This document shows, in pieces, positions 25,800 to 36,765 of a stretch of DNA of 43,137 nucleotides; position 1 is the first letter of the stretch, and the number at the start of each line of letters is the position of its first letter. The notes under the pieces were generated by a model. That model was not told the DNA's origin and did not search any database. It saw only the letters and a list, made by a program, of their open reading frames with translations. The position numbers were made by a program, and so were the translations under genes. The stretch lies in assembly GCA_964347085.1 (NCBI GenBank), contig CAYFXF010000006.1:1811-44947 (forward strand). Reading direction: 5' to 3'. The stretch comes from an uncultured Gemmatimonadota bacterium. Lineage in GTDB: Bacteria > Gemmatimonadota > Gemmatimonadetes > Palauibacterales > KS3-K002.

Positions 25800-26768
25800 T
25801 CAGACCGCTCTCCCTTTGCCTGAATCGCTCAGGCTCATCAACCCTTCAGGATAGGGATCGAAAAACGTCTGCGGCAGCAGGTAGTCCTGCTCAAACCTGA
25901 CGATCCAAGCCCGCAAGATAGAGGTCACCGCGCTCAGCGGCTGTTGCCCGTTTCGATAGCGGTCGATTGAAGTCTGGAAGAACGCCTTCTCGCGCTTGGT
26001 CAGCTGATCGGAGAAGTACCCCGAGGCATGCTGCAGCACGTTGATCACGGAGGTAGAGCGTGGCGTGCGAGCCAGCGCAGCTTGGAAATGTCTCTCGTAC
26101 TCGCCGACGATCTGCTCGAAGCTGGCGCGATCCGGGTTCGCGACCGTTCGGCCGAGGACCCTCAGCTCCTTCTGGCTGTAGGCCATGAGCAGGAACTTGT
26201 TGACCGAGTGGAAGCGCACGAGCTCGCGCATCGCCCCTGTCTTCTTGAGCTGCCGGAAGCGGGCCAGCGCGAAGAGCTTGGTGAGGAAGTGGTCGCGGAT
26301 CTTGTAATTGCGCAGCCGGCCCTCATCCTCGATCGCCAGCCCCTGATAACGCTCCAGCACGCGGCCGCCGAAGAAGCCCGCGCCCTTCTTGGCCGGAGCT
26401 GATTTGTCGGTTCCCTGGTAGATCTTGACGTCGGTAATCCCGCAGGAGGGCGAACGGTTCTTCAGGATGAACCCGTCGATCTCGCCTAACGACGAGAGGA
26501 AGCGGTCGCTGAATTCGACCATCTCGCTGGTCAGGTCTCGATCGGTGGTGGGTTGGAGCAGCCGCGCCTCGCCGTCGACTGCCACGATGCGCACCGGGTC
26601 GCGGGGCACCCCCAGCCCGATCTCCAGCTCGGGGCAGACCGGCAGGTAAGTCACGTACGGCTCGAGCTGTCGGACGAAATCGTAAGGGATAACCTGGGCG
26701 TTATAGCGCACAGGCTCGAGCTCCAGGCAGCGGCTCAAGACGACGACGGGCTTCGGGCGCTGGCTCAT
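25800..26768 (-). CDS. DUF523 (TudS-like) - DUF1722 (YbgA-like) fusion protein
   Basis: ATG 26768 preferred over 26852 (which lies in the AT-rich promoter island). VVLSRCLELEPVRYNAQ, PVCPELEIGLGVPR, NRSPSCG, then a YbgA-like helical C-terminus. Confidence 0.75.
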   Translation of the reverse strand: MSQRPKPVVVLSRCLELEPVRYNAQVIPYDFVRQLEPYVTYLPVCPELEIGLGVPRDPVRIVAVDGEARLLQPTTDRDLTSEMVEFSDRFLSSLGEIDGFILKNRSPSCGITDVKIYQGTDKSAPAKKGAGFFGGRVLERYQGLAIEDEGRLRNYKIRDHFLTKLFALARFRQLKKTGAMRELVRFHSVNKFLLMAYSQKELRVLGRTVANPDRASFEQIVGEYERHFQAALARTPRSTSVINVLQHASGYFSDQLTKREKAFFQTSIDRYRNGQQPLSAVTSILRAWIVRFEQDYLLPQTFFDPYPEGLMSLSDSGKGRAV

Positions 26769-26824
26769 CCGCTTAGGGGGTTTGGCGTGTGGCGTGGCTG
26801 CCGTGCGTTGCCCATGCTGTGACC

Positions 26825-26894
26825 AATACAAAGATAGACATATTATTGACAAATACTGAGTGTCTAGATAGATTGTAGTACATCAGGTGTACAA
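26825..26894. promoter_or_regulatory. AT-rich divergent promoter island with operator-like motifs
   Basis: Plus strand: TTGACA (26846-51)-17-TAGATT (26869-74). Minus strand: TTGTAC (26894-89)-18-TATCTA (26870-65). TGTCTAG 26861-67, TGTAGTACA 26874-82, TGTACA 26888-93. Confidence 0.45.
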
Positions 26895-27040
26895 AGCGCC
26901 CCGGTTGCCCTTGATTGGGTCAACAATAACGAGTACAAGTGGTGTGACAAGCAGATGATCGTGGCGAAGGCGAAACAGTTGTTCCAATCAGGAGCCCGCC
27001 GTGGCGATCGCCGCCGGCGAGGCTCCCCCGTCGGGAGCGG

Positions 27041-28543
27041 ATGCATAACGTGGTGAGACGAGTCGCGAGCGGGCCGCGGATTCTGCTGAGCGGCGCTTCC
27101 GGCTATGTCGGCGGTCGGCTGCTGGAAGCTCTGGAGGGGCGCGGGGCGCGTGTCCGCTGTCTGGCGCGGCGGCCTGAGTTCTTGAGGGCGCGTGTGAGTC
27201 CGGAGACCGAGGTCGTGCGAGGCGACGTGCTGGAGGCCGAGTCGTTGCAGACGGCGCTCGAGGGGGTCGAGGTGGCCTACTATCTGGTCCACTCGATGGG
27301 TTCGAGGGGTAACTTCGAGGAGGAGGACCGACGCGGGGCTCGGAACTTCGCTCGTGCGGCCAGGCAGGCCGGGGTGGCGCGTATCATCTATCTCGGGGGC
27401 CTGGGACACGAACCGGGCTTATCGCGGCATCTGCGAAGCCGACAGGAGGTGGGTCGCGTGCTGCGGGAGTCGGGTGTGCCGACCGTGGAGTTTCGGGCCT
27501 CGATCATCATCGGATCCGGCAGCCTTTCGTTCGAGATGATTCGGGCGCTGGTGGAGAAGCTGCCCGTAATGATCACGCCGCGCTGGGTGAGCGAGACGGC
27601 GCAGCCGCTGGCAGTCGAGGACCTGGTCGATTACCTGACGGCCGCGATCGATGTGGAGCTGACGGGGAGCGAGGTGTTCGAGATCGGCGGGGCGGACCAG
27701 GTCTCCTACATGGAGATCATGCGGGAGTATGCGCGCCAGCGCGGTTTGAGGCGCTGGATGTTGAAGGTGCCGGTACTCACACCGCGCCTATCGAGCCTCT
27801 GGCTGGGACTTGTCACGCCGGTGTATGCCCGAGTGGGCCGCGAGCTGATCGACAGCGTGCGCAACGCCACGGTGTGCAGGGACGATACGGCACTGAAAGC
27901 ATTTCCGATCCGTCCGCGCGGAATTCGAGCGGCGATCGAACGTGCGCTGGCCAAGGAAGATCGCGACTTCGAGGCGACCCGTTGGTCGGATGCTTTGTCC
28001 TCCGGCGGGTCACGCAGCTTCGGCGGCCCTTCATTCGGATCGCGGATCGTCGATTCACGCTCGGCTGACGTTTTTTACACGCCCCGGGAGGCGTTCCGAC
28101 CAATTCGCAGGCTAGGTGGTCAAGTCGGATGGTACTTCGCGGATTGGCTGTGGCGCCTCCGGGGCTTCGTCGACTTGCTGGTCGGTGGCGTCGGCTCGCG
28201 CCGCGAGCGGCGCGACAGCGAGGAGCTAGCGCCGGGCGACACGGTCGACTTCTGGCGGGTCGAGGAGATCATCCCCGACGAATTGTTGCGGCTGTACGCC
28301 GAGATGAAGCTGCCGGGGCGGGCCTGGCTGCAGTTCGAGGTCGAGCCGAACGGGCGAGGCTCCACGGTTCGTCAGACGGCGGTCTTCGACCCGATCGGCC
28401 TTGCTGGGCGCCTCTATTGGTACGCGCTCTATCCGCTACACCATGCTGTGTTCGCCGGGATGTTGCGAGGTATATTGCGCGCGATGGGCGAGGGGTCCGA
28501 GGAAGCGCTCACCCAGACGGCCGGAGCCCGCCGGCCGGGATAG
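27041..28543 (+). CDS. NAD(P)-binding (NmrA/SDR-like) protein with C-terminal DUF2867-like domain
   Basis: ILLSGASGYVGGRLL Rossmann motif. Long C-terminal domain as in SDR-DUF2867 fusions. Confidence 0.7.
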   Translation: MHNVVRRVASGPRILLSGASGYVGGRLLEALEGRGARVRCLARRPEFLRARVSPETEVVRGDVLEAESLQTALEGVEVAYYLVHSMGSRGNFEEEDRRGARNFARAARQAGVARIIYLGGLGHEPGLSRHLRSRQEVGRVLRESGVPTVEFRASIIIGSGSLSFEMIRALVEKLPVMITPRWVSETAQPLAVEDLVDYLTAAIDVELTGSEVFEIGGADQVSYMEIMREYARQRGLRRWMLKVPVLTPRLSSLWLGLVTPVYARVGRELIDSVRNATVCRDDTALKAFPIRPRGIRAAIERALAKEDRDFEATRWSDALSSGGSRSFGGPSFGSRIVDSRSADVFYTPREAFRPIRRLGGQVGWYFADWLWRLRGFVDLLVGGVGSRRERRDSEELAPGDTVDFWRVEEIIPDELLRLYAEMKLPGRAWLQFEVEPNGRGSTVRQTAVFDPIGLAGRLYWYALYPLHHAVFAGMLRGILRAMGEGSEEALTQTAGARRPG

Positions 28544-28631
28544 TAGCACGTCGACCGTCGCAACTGCCCCGCCGTCGCAGCTCGACACCACCCCGGAAGC
28601 GAAGGCTTGCCTTGAGCTACCGCGGTGCTGC

Positions 28632-30002
28632 TCAGCGTCCCAGCTCGTGGCGCAGGGCGCCTTCGAGCTCTGGCTGGGTGAATCGGTAGCTCGCCGCTTC
28701 CAGCCGGCGCGGCTCGACCCGCGCGCCCTCGAGAAATAGCACGCGACCCATCTCGCCAAACATCAACTCGATGATCGGGGCGGGCAGCGGCAAGGGCGTG
28801 GGCCGGCGCAGCACGCGGCCCAGCGTCTTGGTGTACTCGCGGTTGGTCAGCGGTCGCGGAGCCACAGCGTTGACGGGGCCGGCCAGGCTGTTGTCGAAGA
28901 GCAGGTGGAGGACGGCGCCGAGCAGGTCGTCGAGCACGATCCAGCTGAAGCCCTGCCGCCCATCTCCCAGCACACCGCCCAGCCCCAGCCGGAAGGGCGG
29001 AAGCATCCGCCGCAGCGCTCCGCCTGCCGCGCTGAGCACGACCCCGATCCGCAGGTTGACGACGCGGATCCCCGCCGCGCGAGCGGGCTCGGTCGCCGCC
29101 TCCCACTCGCGGCAGAGCTCGGCGAGGAATCCGCTGCCGAGGGCGCTGTCCTCGTGCAGGACCTCGGTGCCGCGGTCGCCGTAGCAGCCGATCGCGGAAG
29201 CGGCGATCAGCACGCGGGGTCGGCGTTTGAGTCGGGCGAGCGTCTCGCAGAGGAGCCGAGTGCTGGCGATGCGGCTCTCGCGTATCTCACGCTTGATGCC
29301 GGGGCTCCAGCGCCAAGCGGCGATGCTGCGGCCGGAGAGGTGGACCGCCGCGTCGATCCCCTCCAAGCGTTCGCGATCGATCGTCTCCGCGGCGGGCTCC
29401 CACGAGACTTCGCCGGCCTCGGGATGCGCTTCGCGGCGGACCAGGCGCAAGACCTGGTGGCCTCCCGTCGAGAGGAAGGACCAGAGCTGCTGGCCGATAA
29501 GCCCGGAGCTGCCGGTTAGCGCGATCTTGAGGCGCGGCCGTCCGCGATAGGCGGCATGGCGCGCCAGGTCGTCGGCGGTGCGCCGGTGGCGGAAGCGGAA
29601 CATGCGCGCGAGGTCGCGGCGGACAAAGCCGCCGACGATGCGTTCACTGATCGGCGCCAGCGGTAGCGCGTAGTCGATCGTGTCTTCGAGCCGGCAGCGG
29701 TTGGCGCCCTCGTGGCTCACCCAGTGCGTGTGGCGCCATTGGGCGAACGGCCCCTCGGCCTGCTCGTCTGTGAACCCTCGGCCCGGCTGGACGTCTCGGT
29801 GTACCGCGACCCAGCGCAGCTTGAAGGGCCCGCGGCGTAGGTGCAGAACCGTTCGCGCATTCTCCTTTATGCCCCCGCTGCTCAGTACCTCGATGCGTTC
29901 CCAAGGAGGGATGAGACGCTCAAGGGCCCCGGGCCGGGCATGCCAGGTGAAGACTTCCTCGGCCGAGTAGGGCAGGTCGGTAGAGTGGAGGAAGCGAGGC
30001 AC
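28632..30002 (-). CDS. SRPBCC/START-like domain fused to YfcH/TIGR01777-type epimerase-like SDR (DUF1731)
   Basis: N-terminus: FTWHARPGALERLIPPWE...FAQWRHTHW. Then ALTGSSGLIGQQL Rossmann and C-terminal FRLGLGGVLGDGRQGFSWIVLDD...RFTQPEL. Confidence 0.75.
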   Translation of the reverse strand: MPRFLHSTDLPYSAEEVFTWHARPGALERLIPPWERIEVLSSGGIKENARTVLHLRRGPFKLRWVAVHRDVQPGRGFTDEQAEGPFAQWRHTHWVSHEGANRCRLEDTIDYALPLAPISERIVGGFVRRDLARMFRFRHRRTADDLARHAAYRGRPRLKIALTGSSGLIGQQLWSFLSTGGHQVLRLVRREAHPEAGEVSWEPAAETIDRERLEGIDAAVHLSGRSIAAWRWSPGIKREIRESRIASTRLLCETLARLKRRPRVLIAASAIGCYGDRGTEVLHEDSALGSGFLAELCREWEAATEPARAAGIRVVNLRIGVVLSAAGGALRRMLPPFRLGLGGVLGDGRQGFSWIVLDDLLGAVLHLLFDNSLAGPVNAVAPRPLTNREYTKTLGRVLRRPTPLPLPAPIIELMFGEMGRVLFLEGARVEPRRLEAASYRFTQPELEGALRHELGR

Positions 30003-30005
30003 GGA

Positions 30006-31681
30006 TCATTTCCCGTGGCGCCGCGCATCATGTGGCCCAAGCGTCGCGCCCGCGGCGAGCGTCTCCTGCACCCAGCGGTACACGGCCTGATCGTGGCGTC
30101 GGCGTTCCGGCGCCCGCTTTGCGAGTGAGGCGAGTGGAAGCCTGAGTCGCGGAATCTGGCCCAGGGTCTCGCGGTGGCGGTCGAGAAAAGCCCAGTAGAG
30201 GTGGGTAATCGGGCAATTGCGCTTGGGGTCGAACGCACACTCGTCACAGTAATCGCTCATCCGATTGATGTAGGCGGCCCCCGAGACGTAGGGCTTCGTC
30301 GTCATCAGGTCGCCCAAAGCGAAGGCACCCATGCCCAGAACGTTGGGCTCGACCACCCAATCGTAGGCGTCGCTGTACGCGACCCAGAACCAGTCGGTCA
30401 ACTCGCGCGGAGTGACGTCGAGCAGCGTGCCGATATTGGCGAGCACCATGAGGCGGGTGATGTGGTGGCTATAGGCGCTGGTCCAGACCTCCGACACGAC
30501 ATGATCGACACAGCGAAGCCCAGAGCGCACTCCCCAGAAAGCCGCCGGTAGCGATCGCGTGCTGCCCAGGGCGTTGGGGGCCGCGCCGCCGTCCAGCCCC
30601 GCCACGCCCTCGGAAGCTGGCCACGCCTCTCCCGACCAGGCTCGAAAGCCGCCGTCGCCCGGTTGCTTTGCCAACTTGGGCGCGCCGTCCGGTAGGCTGC
30701 GGAAACCGTCCGTCGCCCGGTGCACGTGTCGGACGAACTCACGCCAGCCTAACACCTGGCGCACGAATCCTTCAACGCTATTCAGCGGCGCCTCGGAGTG
30801 GAGCGCGTCCTGCACGACACGTTCCGGCAGGAGGCGGTGCAGGTTGAGCAGCGCCGAGGCGCGCGTATGGAAGAGCCCCGCGGACCGAGCGGACATTGCG
30901 TCTTCGTAAGGACCGAACTCGGTGAGACAATGGGTTCGGGCCCAGTGCCAGAGCGATTCGGCGTCGGCGGCCGTGGCCGGCAGGGCCGGGAGGTCGAGGT
31001 CCCCGGGGTGACGGTCGAATCGCTGCCGGATGAGGTCGCCGACCTCCTGCTTGATCTCGTCGACGGGGAAGCTCGGGGGCGTCGGAGCGGCCGGCTCGCC
31101 GTGCCAGGGTTCGCGGTTCTCGGCGTCGAGGCTGTACTTGCCGCCTACGGGTTTGCCGTCCTGCATGAGGATTCCGCTGGCGCGGCGCACGTGGCGGTAG
31201 AAAGCGTCCATGCGCCAGGGCGGCGCGCCCTTCGCTTGACTGGCTTGGAATTGCTGGGCCGTGGTCAACCAGCCGTCGTGCGCAACCAGTTTCAAGGCGC
31301 CCGACTCGACCAGCGGCTCGAGATCTGCCCGCAATTCTCGCTCGGCCGGCTCCATCGCCTGCAGCATGCCGAGCTCGGAGGCGAGCGGGTGAAGTGCGTC
31401 TCGGTAGCGCCCGTAGGTCGAGATGTAGCGCACGGCGACGCCGCGCGCCGCCTGTTCCAAGGCGAAATGCCGCTGGTTCGCGAGCACGAGCGCGAGCTTC
31501 TGCTTGTGGTAGGGCCGCCGGTCGCCTTTCCAGGCATTCTCGATCAGGACGATCCCCACCTCGGCGGGCTTGGCATCGGCGAGCGGGCCAATCCGGTCGG
31601 ACAGCTGGTCGTAGGCGATGTAGACCCAGCGGCGTCCCCCGGGATCCGGCTGTCGCTCCGCTAACGCTCGAGCGAACGCGC

Positions 31682-31685
<4 letters not shown>
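30006..31685 (-). CDS. FeS-BCP / CryPro-type cryptochrome-photolyase family protein (PhrB/CryB-like, (6-4) photolyase type)
   Basis: GTG 31685 (GTGA overlap with the photolyase stop) inside ORF 30006..32093. WVYIAYDQL, DRRPYHKQKLALVL, GWREFVRHV. Four-Cys pattern C..(~90)..DYCDEC..(~8)..NCP as in the 4Fe-4S photolyases. Confidence 0.8.
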
Positions 31686-33145
<1,460 letters not shown>

Positions 33146-33361
33146 CTTCCCTCGCTTGTCGGACCGATTGCGTCGACCGGGCGAGCGCTCTCGTCGAGTG
33201 GCCCAGCGGCCACGGCGCGGCCGGCCGGTCGCGGTATCAGTCTGCGGGGCCGCGCCGACCGCGTCCAGGGGAGGGTCGCGGACGGCCGTCGCGGGAGGAG
33301 TCGGCGCCGCTCCGATCGGGCGGAGGGCGGGGCGCGCGCGGCCTGGGCCTTGTATAAGGTA

Positions 33362-33416
33362 TGTCTAGTATACGACCATACCAAGCCTTGACAATTGGAA
33401 GACGGTGCTATATGTT
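33362..33416. promoter_or_regulatory. AT-rich divergent promoter island (photolyase operon / fasciclin gene) with -35 boxes overlapping on opposite strands
   Basis: Plus strand: TTGACA (33388-93)-17-TATGTT (33411-16). Minus strand: TTGTCA (33394-89)-16-TATACT (33372-67). TGTCTAG 33362-68. TGTAGTA..GTAC at 33462-73 lies further downstream. Confidence 0.45.
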
Positions 33417-33496
33417 GTCGAACATTGGTTAGACATAGTAGTCCTGGGGGGATTCCATGAGTGTAGTATGTACCACATTTCAAAGGGGAGGGTGAC

Positions 33497-34021
33497 ATGA
33501 AGCGCAACGTTCTCATTTCCGCGATCGGTCTGGCCGCTTTCTTCGCCAGCACGGCGCCCGTGGCGGCTCAGAGCTACTCGAAGTCCGAGAAGCAGATGAA
33601 GAAGCAGAAGGACATCGTCGAGACGGCGGTGGCCGCGGGCCCGTTCAACACCCTGGTGGCCGCGGTCAAAGCGGCGGGCCTGGTCGAGACGTTGAAGGGT
33701 GAGGGTCCGTTCACCGTTTTCGCGCCCACGGATGACGCGTTCGAGAAGCTGCCGGCGGGCACCGTCGAGGAGCTTTTGAAGCCGGAGAACCGCGACAAGC
33801 TGACGGCCGTTCTCACTTACCACGTCGTGCCGGGCAAGCTGATGGCGGCAGACGTCGTTAATACGAAGTCGGCGAAGACGTTGCAGGGGCAGAGTGTGCG
33901 GTTCGAGGTGAAGGAGGGTCAGGCGATGATCGATAACGCCCGCATCATCAAGACCGACATCGCTACCAGCAACGGCGTTATCCACGTGCTCGACACGGTT
34001 ATTCTGCCGGCGAGCGAGTAA
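33497..34021 (+). CDS. Secreted fasciclin (FAS1) domain protein
   Basis: GGGGAGGG SD, signal peptide [58 protein letters not shown]. Confidence 0.85.
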   Translation: MKRNVLISAIGLAAFFASTAPVAAQSYSKSEKQMKKQKDIVETAVAAGPFNTLVAAVKAAGLVETLKGEGPFTVFAPTDDAFEKLPAGTVEELLKPENRDKLTAVLTYHVVPGKLMAADVVNTKSAKTLQGQSVRFEVKEGQAMIDNARIIKTDIATSNGVIHVLDTVILPASE

Positions 34022-34121
34022 ATCCGGCGAGTATCGTCCAGCGGATGCGACCCGAGTCTTGGACAGCAAGTGGTGCTACGGGTAAGCGCTGTCGGAGGAC
34101 GGACGATCAGGGGACGAGCGG

Positions 34122-34184
34122 GGGGAGGGTGAGCAAGGACACCTCTCCCCGCGCAACATTAGGCGAGTACGAGCTCGTCTCGCC
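34122..34184 (+). terminator. Two tandem GC-rich hairpins after the fasciclin gene (possible terminator/attenuator, no T-tract)
   Basis: GGGGAGGGTG..CACCTCTCCCC (34122-34150) and GGCGAGTACGAGCTCGTCTCGCC (34162-34184). Confidence 0.3.
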
Positions 34185-34238
34185 TCAAGCAGTTGGCGCT
34201 TTCATGCAAACAGGGCTGGCGGAGAACTGGGGGACGAG

Positions 34239-35009
34239 ATGAACTCAGTTGAACCTTTGGAACCCGTGCCCGGCGCGGTCCACGTGGTGCTCGGCGCCAC
34301 CGGTGGGATCGGCTCGGCGTTGTCGCGAAGGTTGGTGGCGGGTGGCGCCCGTCTGTTGCTGGCCGCGCGGAACGCGGAGAAGCTCGACGAGCTGGCCGGA
34401 TCACTTGATGCCGAGTGGTTGACACTGGATGCGACCCGGTTCGAGGACGTAGACGGCTGCGTGTCGCTGGCGATCGAGAAGTATGGTCGAGTCGATGGTA
34501 TCGCCAACTGTGTCGGTTCGGTGCTGTTGAAGCCGGCGCACCTCACGCACGAGGACGAATGGAACGCAACCCTGGCCTTGAATCTCGGTTCGGCGTTCGC
34601 TACTGTCCGCGCCGGGGCGCGCGGTATGATGAAGGACGGCGGCTCCATCGTACTCGTTTCCTCGGCGGCTGCGCGTGTCGGTCTTGTCAATCACGAGGCG
34701 ATCGCGGCGGCCAAGGCGGGGATCAACGGGCTCGTGCTGTCGGCGGCTGCATCATACGCGCGTCATGGCATTCGGGTAAATGCCGTGGCCCCCGGCTTAG
34801 TGCGGACGCCGCTGACCGAGCGCCTGACGGCGAATGAGGCGTCGGAACGAGCCTCGATCGCCATGCATGCTGTGGGGCGGCTGGGCATGCCGAGGGACGT
34901 GGCCTCGGTGATGGCCTGGCTGCTGAACCCGCGCAACGATTGGGTCACAGGCCAGGTGCTCGGGATCGACGGCGGACTGTCGACGGTGCGCCCACGAGTC
35001 ACAGCCTGA
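34239..35009 (+). CDS. Short-chain dehydrogenase/reductase (SDR)
   Basis: VVLGATGGIGSAL, NCVG, SSAAARVG...AAAKAG (YxxxK position variant), VNAVAPGLVRTP. Confidence 0.8.
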   Translation: MNSVEPLEPVPGAVHVVLGATGGIGSALSRRLVAGGARLLLAARNAEKLDELAGSLDAEWLTLDATRFEDVDGCVSLAIEKYGRVDGIANCVGSVLLKPAHLTHEDEWNATLALNLGSAFATVRAGARGMMKDGGSIVLVSSAAARVGLVNHEAIAAAKAGINGLVLSAAASYARHGIRVNAVAPGLVRTPLTERLTANEASERASIAMHAVGRLGMPRDVASVMAWLLNPRNDWVTGQVLGIDGGLSTVRPRVTA

Positions 35010-35020
35010 AAAGACAAGCC

Positions 35021-36289
35021 ATGCCCGTTACCGAAGCTACGGACGTCGTGGTCGTCGGTGCCGGCCTGGCCGGGCTCGCCTGCGCGGTGAGGCTCCGGAG
35101 CGCCGGTCTGTCGGTGACCGTGCTCGAGGCCGCCGATGCCGTAGGCGGTCGGGTGCGTACGGACCGGCACGACGGATTTCGGCTAGATCGTGGCTTTCAG
35201 GTCTTGCTCACCGCCTATCCGGAGGCGTCTCGGCTTGTGAACCAAGACGCGCTCGGCCTGCGCGCGTTCACCCCGGGCGCCTTGGTCCGTGTGGGTGGCG
35301 CGTTTCACCGAGTTGCGGACCCGCGGAGGAGGCCGGGCGACCTGCTGGCGACGCTCAGGGCACCAGTGGGCAGCATGGCGGACAAGCTGCGCATCGACCG
35401 GCTTCGAAGCCGGGTAGGGAAAGGTACGATCGAGCATCTGCTAGCGCGCCCTGAGACGACGACGCTCGCGGCACTGCGCGCCTTCGGCTTCTCGGACCTG
35501 ATCATCGAACGGTTCATGCGGCCGTTTCTGGGCGGGATATTTCTCGAGCGCGACCTTGAGACATCGAGCCGCATGTTCGAGTTCGTGTTTCGCATGTTCG
35601 CCCAGGGTGATGCCGCGCTTCCCCGCGAGGGCATGGAAGCGATACCCCGCCAGCTGGCGGAGCGGCTGGACGACGGGGTTGTGCGCTTGGGGGCGCGGGT
35701 GGAGGCCGTGGGTGCCGACGGGGTCGCGCTCGCGGGCGGCGAACAGGTCGCGAGCCGTGCGGTGGTAGTGGCGGCGGATGGCCCGAACGCGGCGCGACTG
35801 GTGCCCGGCCTGCCGGAGCCGGGTTCGAGGGCCGTCACCTGCCTCTACTTCGCTGCCGCCCGGCCGCCGACCGAGGAGCCGTTGCTCGTGCTAAACGGGG
35901 AAGGTCGTGGACCGGTCAACAATCTCTGCGTCCCGAGCCAGGTGGCGCCGAGCTACGCGCCCCCCGGCGCCGCACTCGTCTCGGTGACGGTCCTGGGGTG
36001 CCCGAAGACTCGCGACGCGGAGCTGGAGCGTTCGGTGCGAGACCAGTTGCGGGGCTGGTTCGGTGAAGAGGTCGAGGCTTGGCGGCACCTGCGGACCTAT
36101 CGCATCCGAGACGCGCTGCCGGCTCAGACCCCGCCGGCCTACGGGGGCGGGATGAGAGAAGTGCGCATAGGCCGCGGGCTCTATGTTTGTGGCGATCACC
36201 GCGAAAGGGCCTCGATCGAAGGAAGCCTGGTCTCTGGCCGCCTGGCCGCGGAGGCGGTGGTCGCCGATCTGGTGGGCGCCGCGGCTTGA
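35021..36289 (+). CDS. NAD(P)/FAD-dependent oxidoreductase (amine-oxidase / phytoene-desaturase-like)
   Basis: ATG 35021 inside ORF 34940..36289. VVVVGAGLAGLACAVRL...VLEAADAVGGRVRT dinucleotide fold. C-terminal GLYVCGD. Confidence 0.8.
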   Translation: MPVTEATDVVVVGAGLAGLACAVRLRSAGLSVTVLEAADAVGGRVRTDRHDGFRLDRGFQVLLTAYPEASRLVNQDALGLRAFTPGALVRVGGAFHRVADPRRRPGDLLATLRAPVGSMADKLRIDRLRSRVGKGTIEHLLARPETTTLAALRAFGFSDLIIERFMRPFLGGIFLERDLETSSRMFEFVFRMFAQGDAALPREGMEAIPRQLAERLDDGVVRLGARVEAVGADGVALAGGEQVASRAVVVAADGPNAARLVPGLPEPGSRAVTCLYFAAARPPTEEPLLVLNGEGRGPVNNLCVPSQVAPSYAPPGAALVSVTVLGCPKTRDAELERSVRDQLRGWFGEEVEAWRHLRTYRIRDALPAQTPPAYGGGMREVRIGRGLYVCGDHRERASIEGSLVSGRLAAEAVVADLVGAAA

Positions 36290-36356
36290 TGCCTTTTCAC
36301 CGGGCGGCGGATCTGACAGCTTCGCGCCGGGGCTCTAACGGATGAAAGGAGGTCTC

Positions 36357-36641
36357 ATGGCAAGGGCGATCTGGAACGGAGCGGTTCTGGCGGAGAGCGA
36401 TCGCTACGAGACAGTGGAAGGCAACATCTACTTTCCGCCCGAGTCGGTCAAACGCGAGTACATGCGCGACAGCGACCATACGACCGTCTGCCCCTGGAAA
36501 GGGACGGCGAGTTACTACGATATCGTCGTGGAGGGGAAGACGAACCCCAGCGCCGCCTGGTTTTACCCCGAACCCTCGCAGGCGGCCGAAAAGATCAAGG
36601 ACCACGTCGCTTTCTGGAAGGGTGTAGAGATCGACGCCTAG
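36357..36641 (+). CDS. DUF427 domain protein
   Basis: ATG 36357 after AAGGAGG. AIWNGAVLAES...VEGNIYFP...CPWKGTASYY...AWFYPEP...VAFW. Confidence 0.75.
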   Translation: MARAIWNGAVLAESDRYETVEGNIYFPPESVKREYMRDSDHTTVCPWKGTASYYDIVVEGKTNPSAAWFYPEPSQAAEKIKDHVAFWKGVEIDA

Positions 36642-36765
36642 TTTCCGCTCGGCGCCCCTACGCCCGGCGCTGAGGCGCGAGGAGCCGCCGGTCCTCGCGG
36701 CAGGATAGGCGGCCGGGTATATTCGGGCGCGAAATGTTTGGCTTGGCATCTTTGGGCGGCGATCG

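Noticed and set aside
26862-26894. Three tandem 11-bp direct repeats of the Thermus CarH operator type (as I recall, nAnnTnnACAn)
   Set aside because: Only one 11-mer (CAGGTGTACAA, 26884-26894) fits the remembered pattern. The two preceding 11-mers do not. I therefore report only the shared words and the 11-bp ACA spacing, not a match to that consensus.
33146-33366. Cobalamin riboswitch in the photolyase leader (attractive because of the B12-dependent regulator nearby)
   Set aside because: I could not find a convincing B12 box. GGCCACTCG and ACCGCGACCGGCC are only loose resemblances to the conserved GCCACTG / AGACCTGCC elements. This needs a covariance-model scan and is not claimed.
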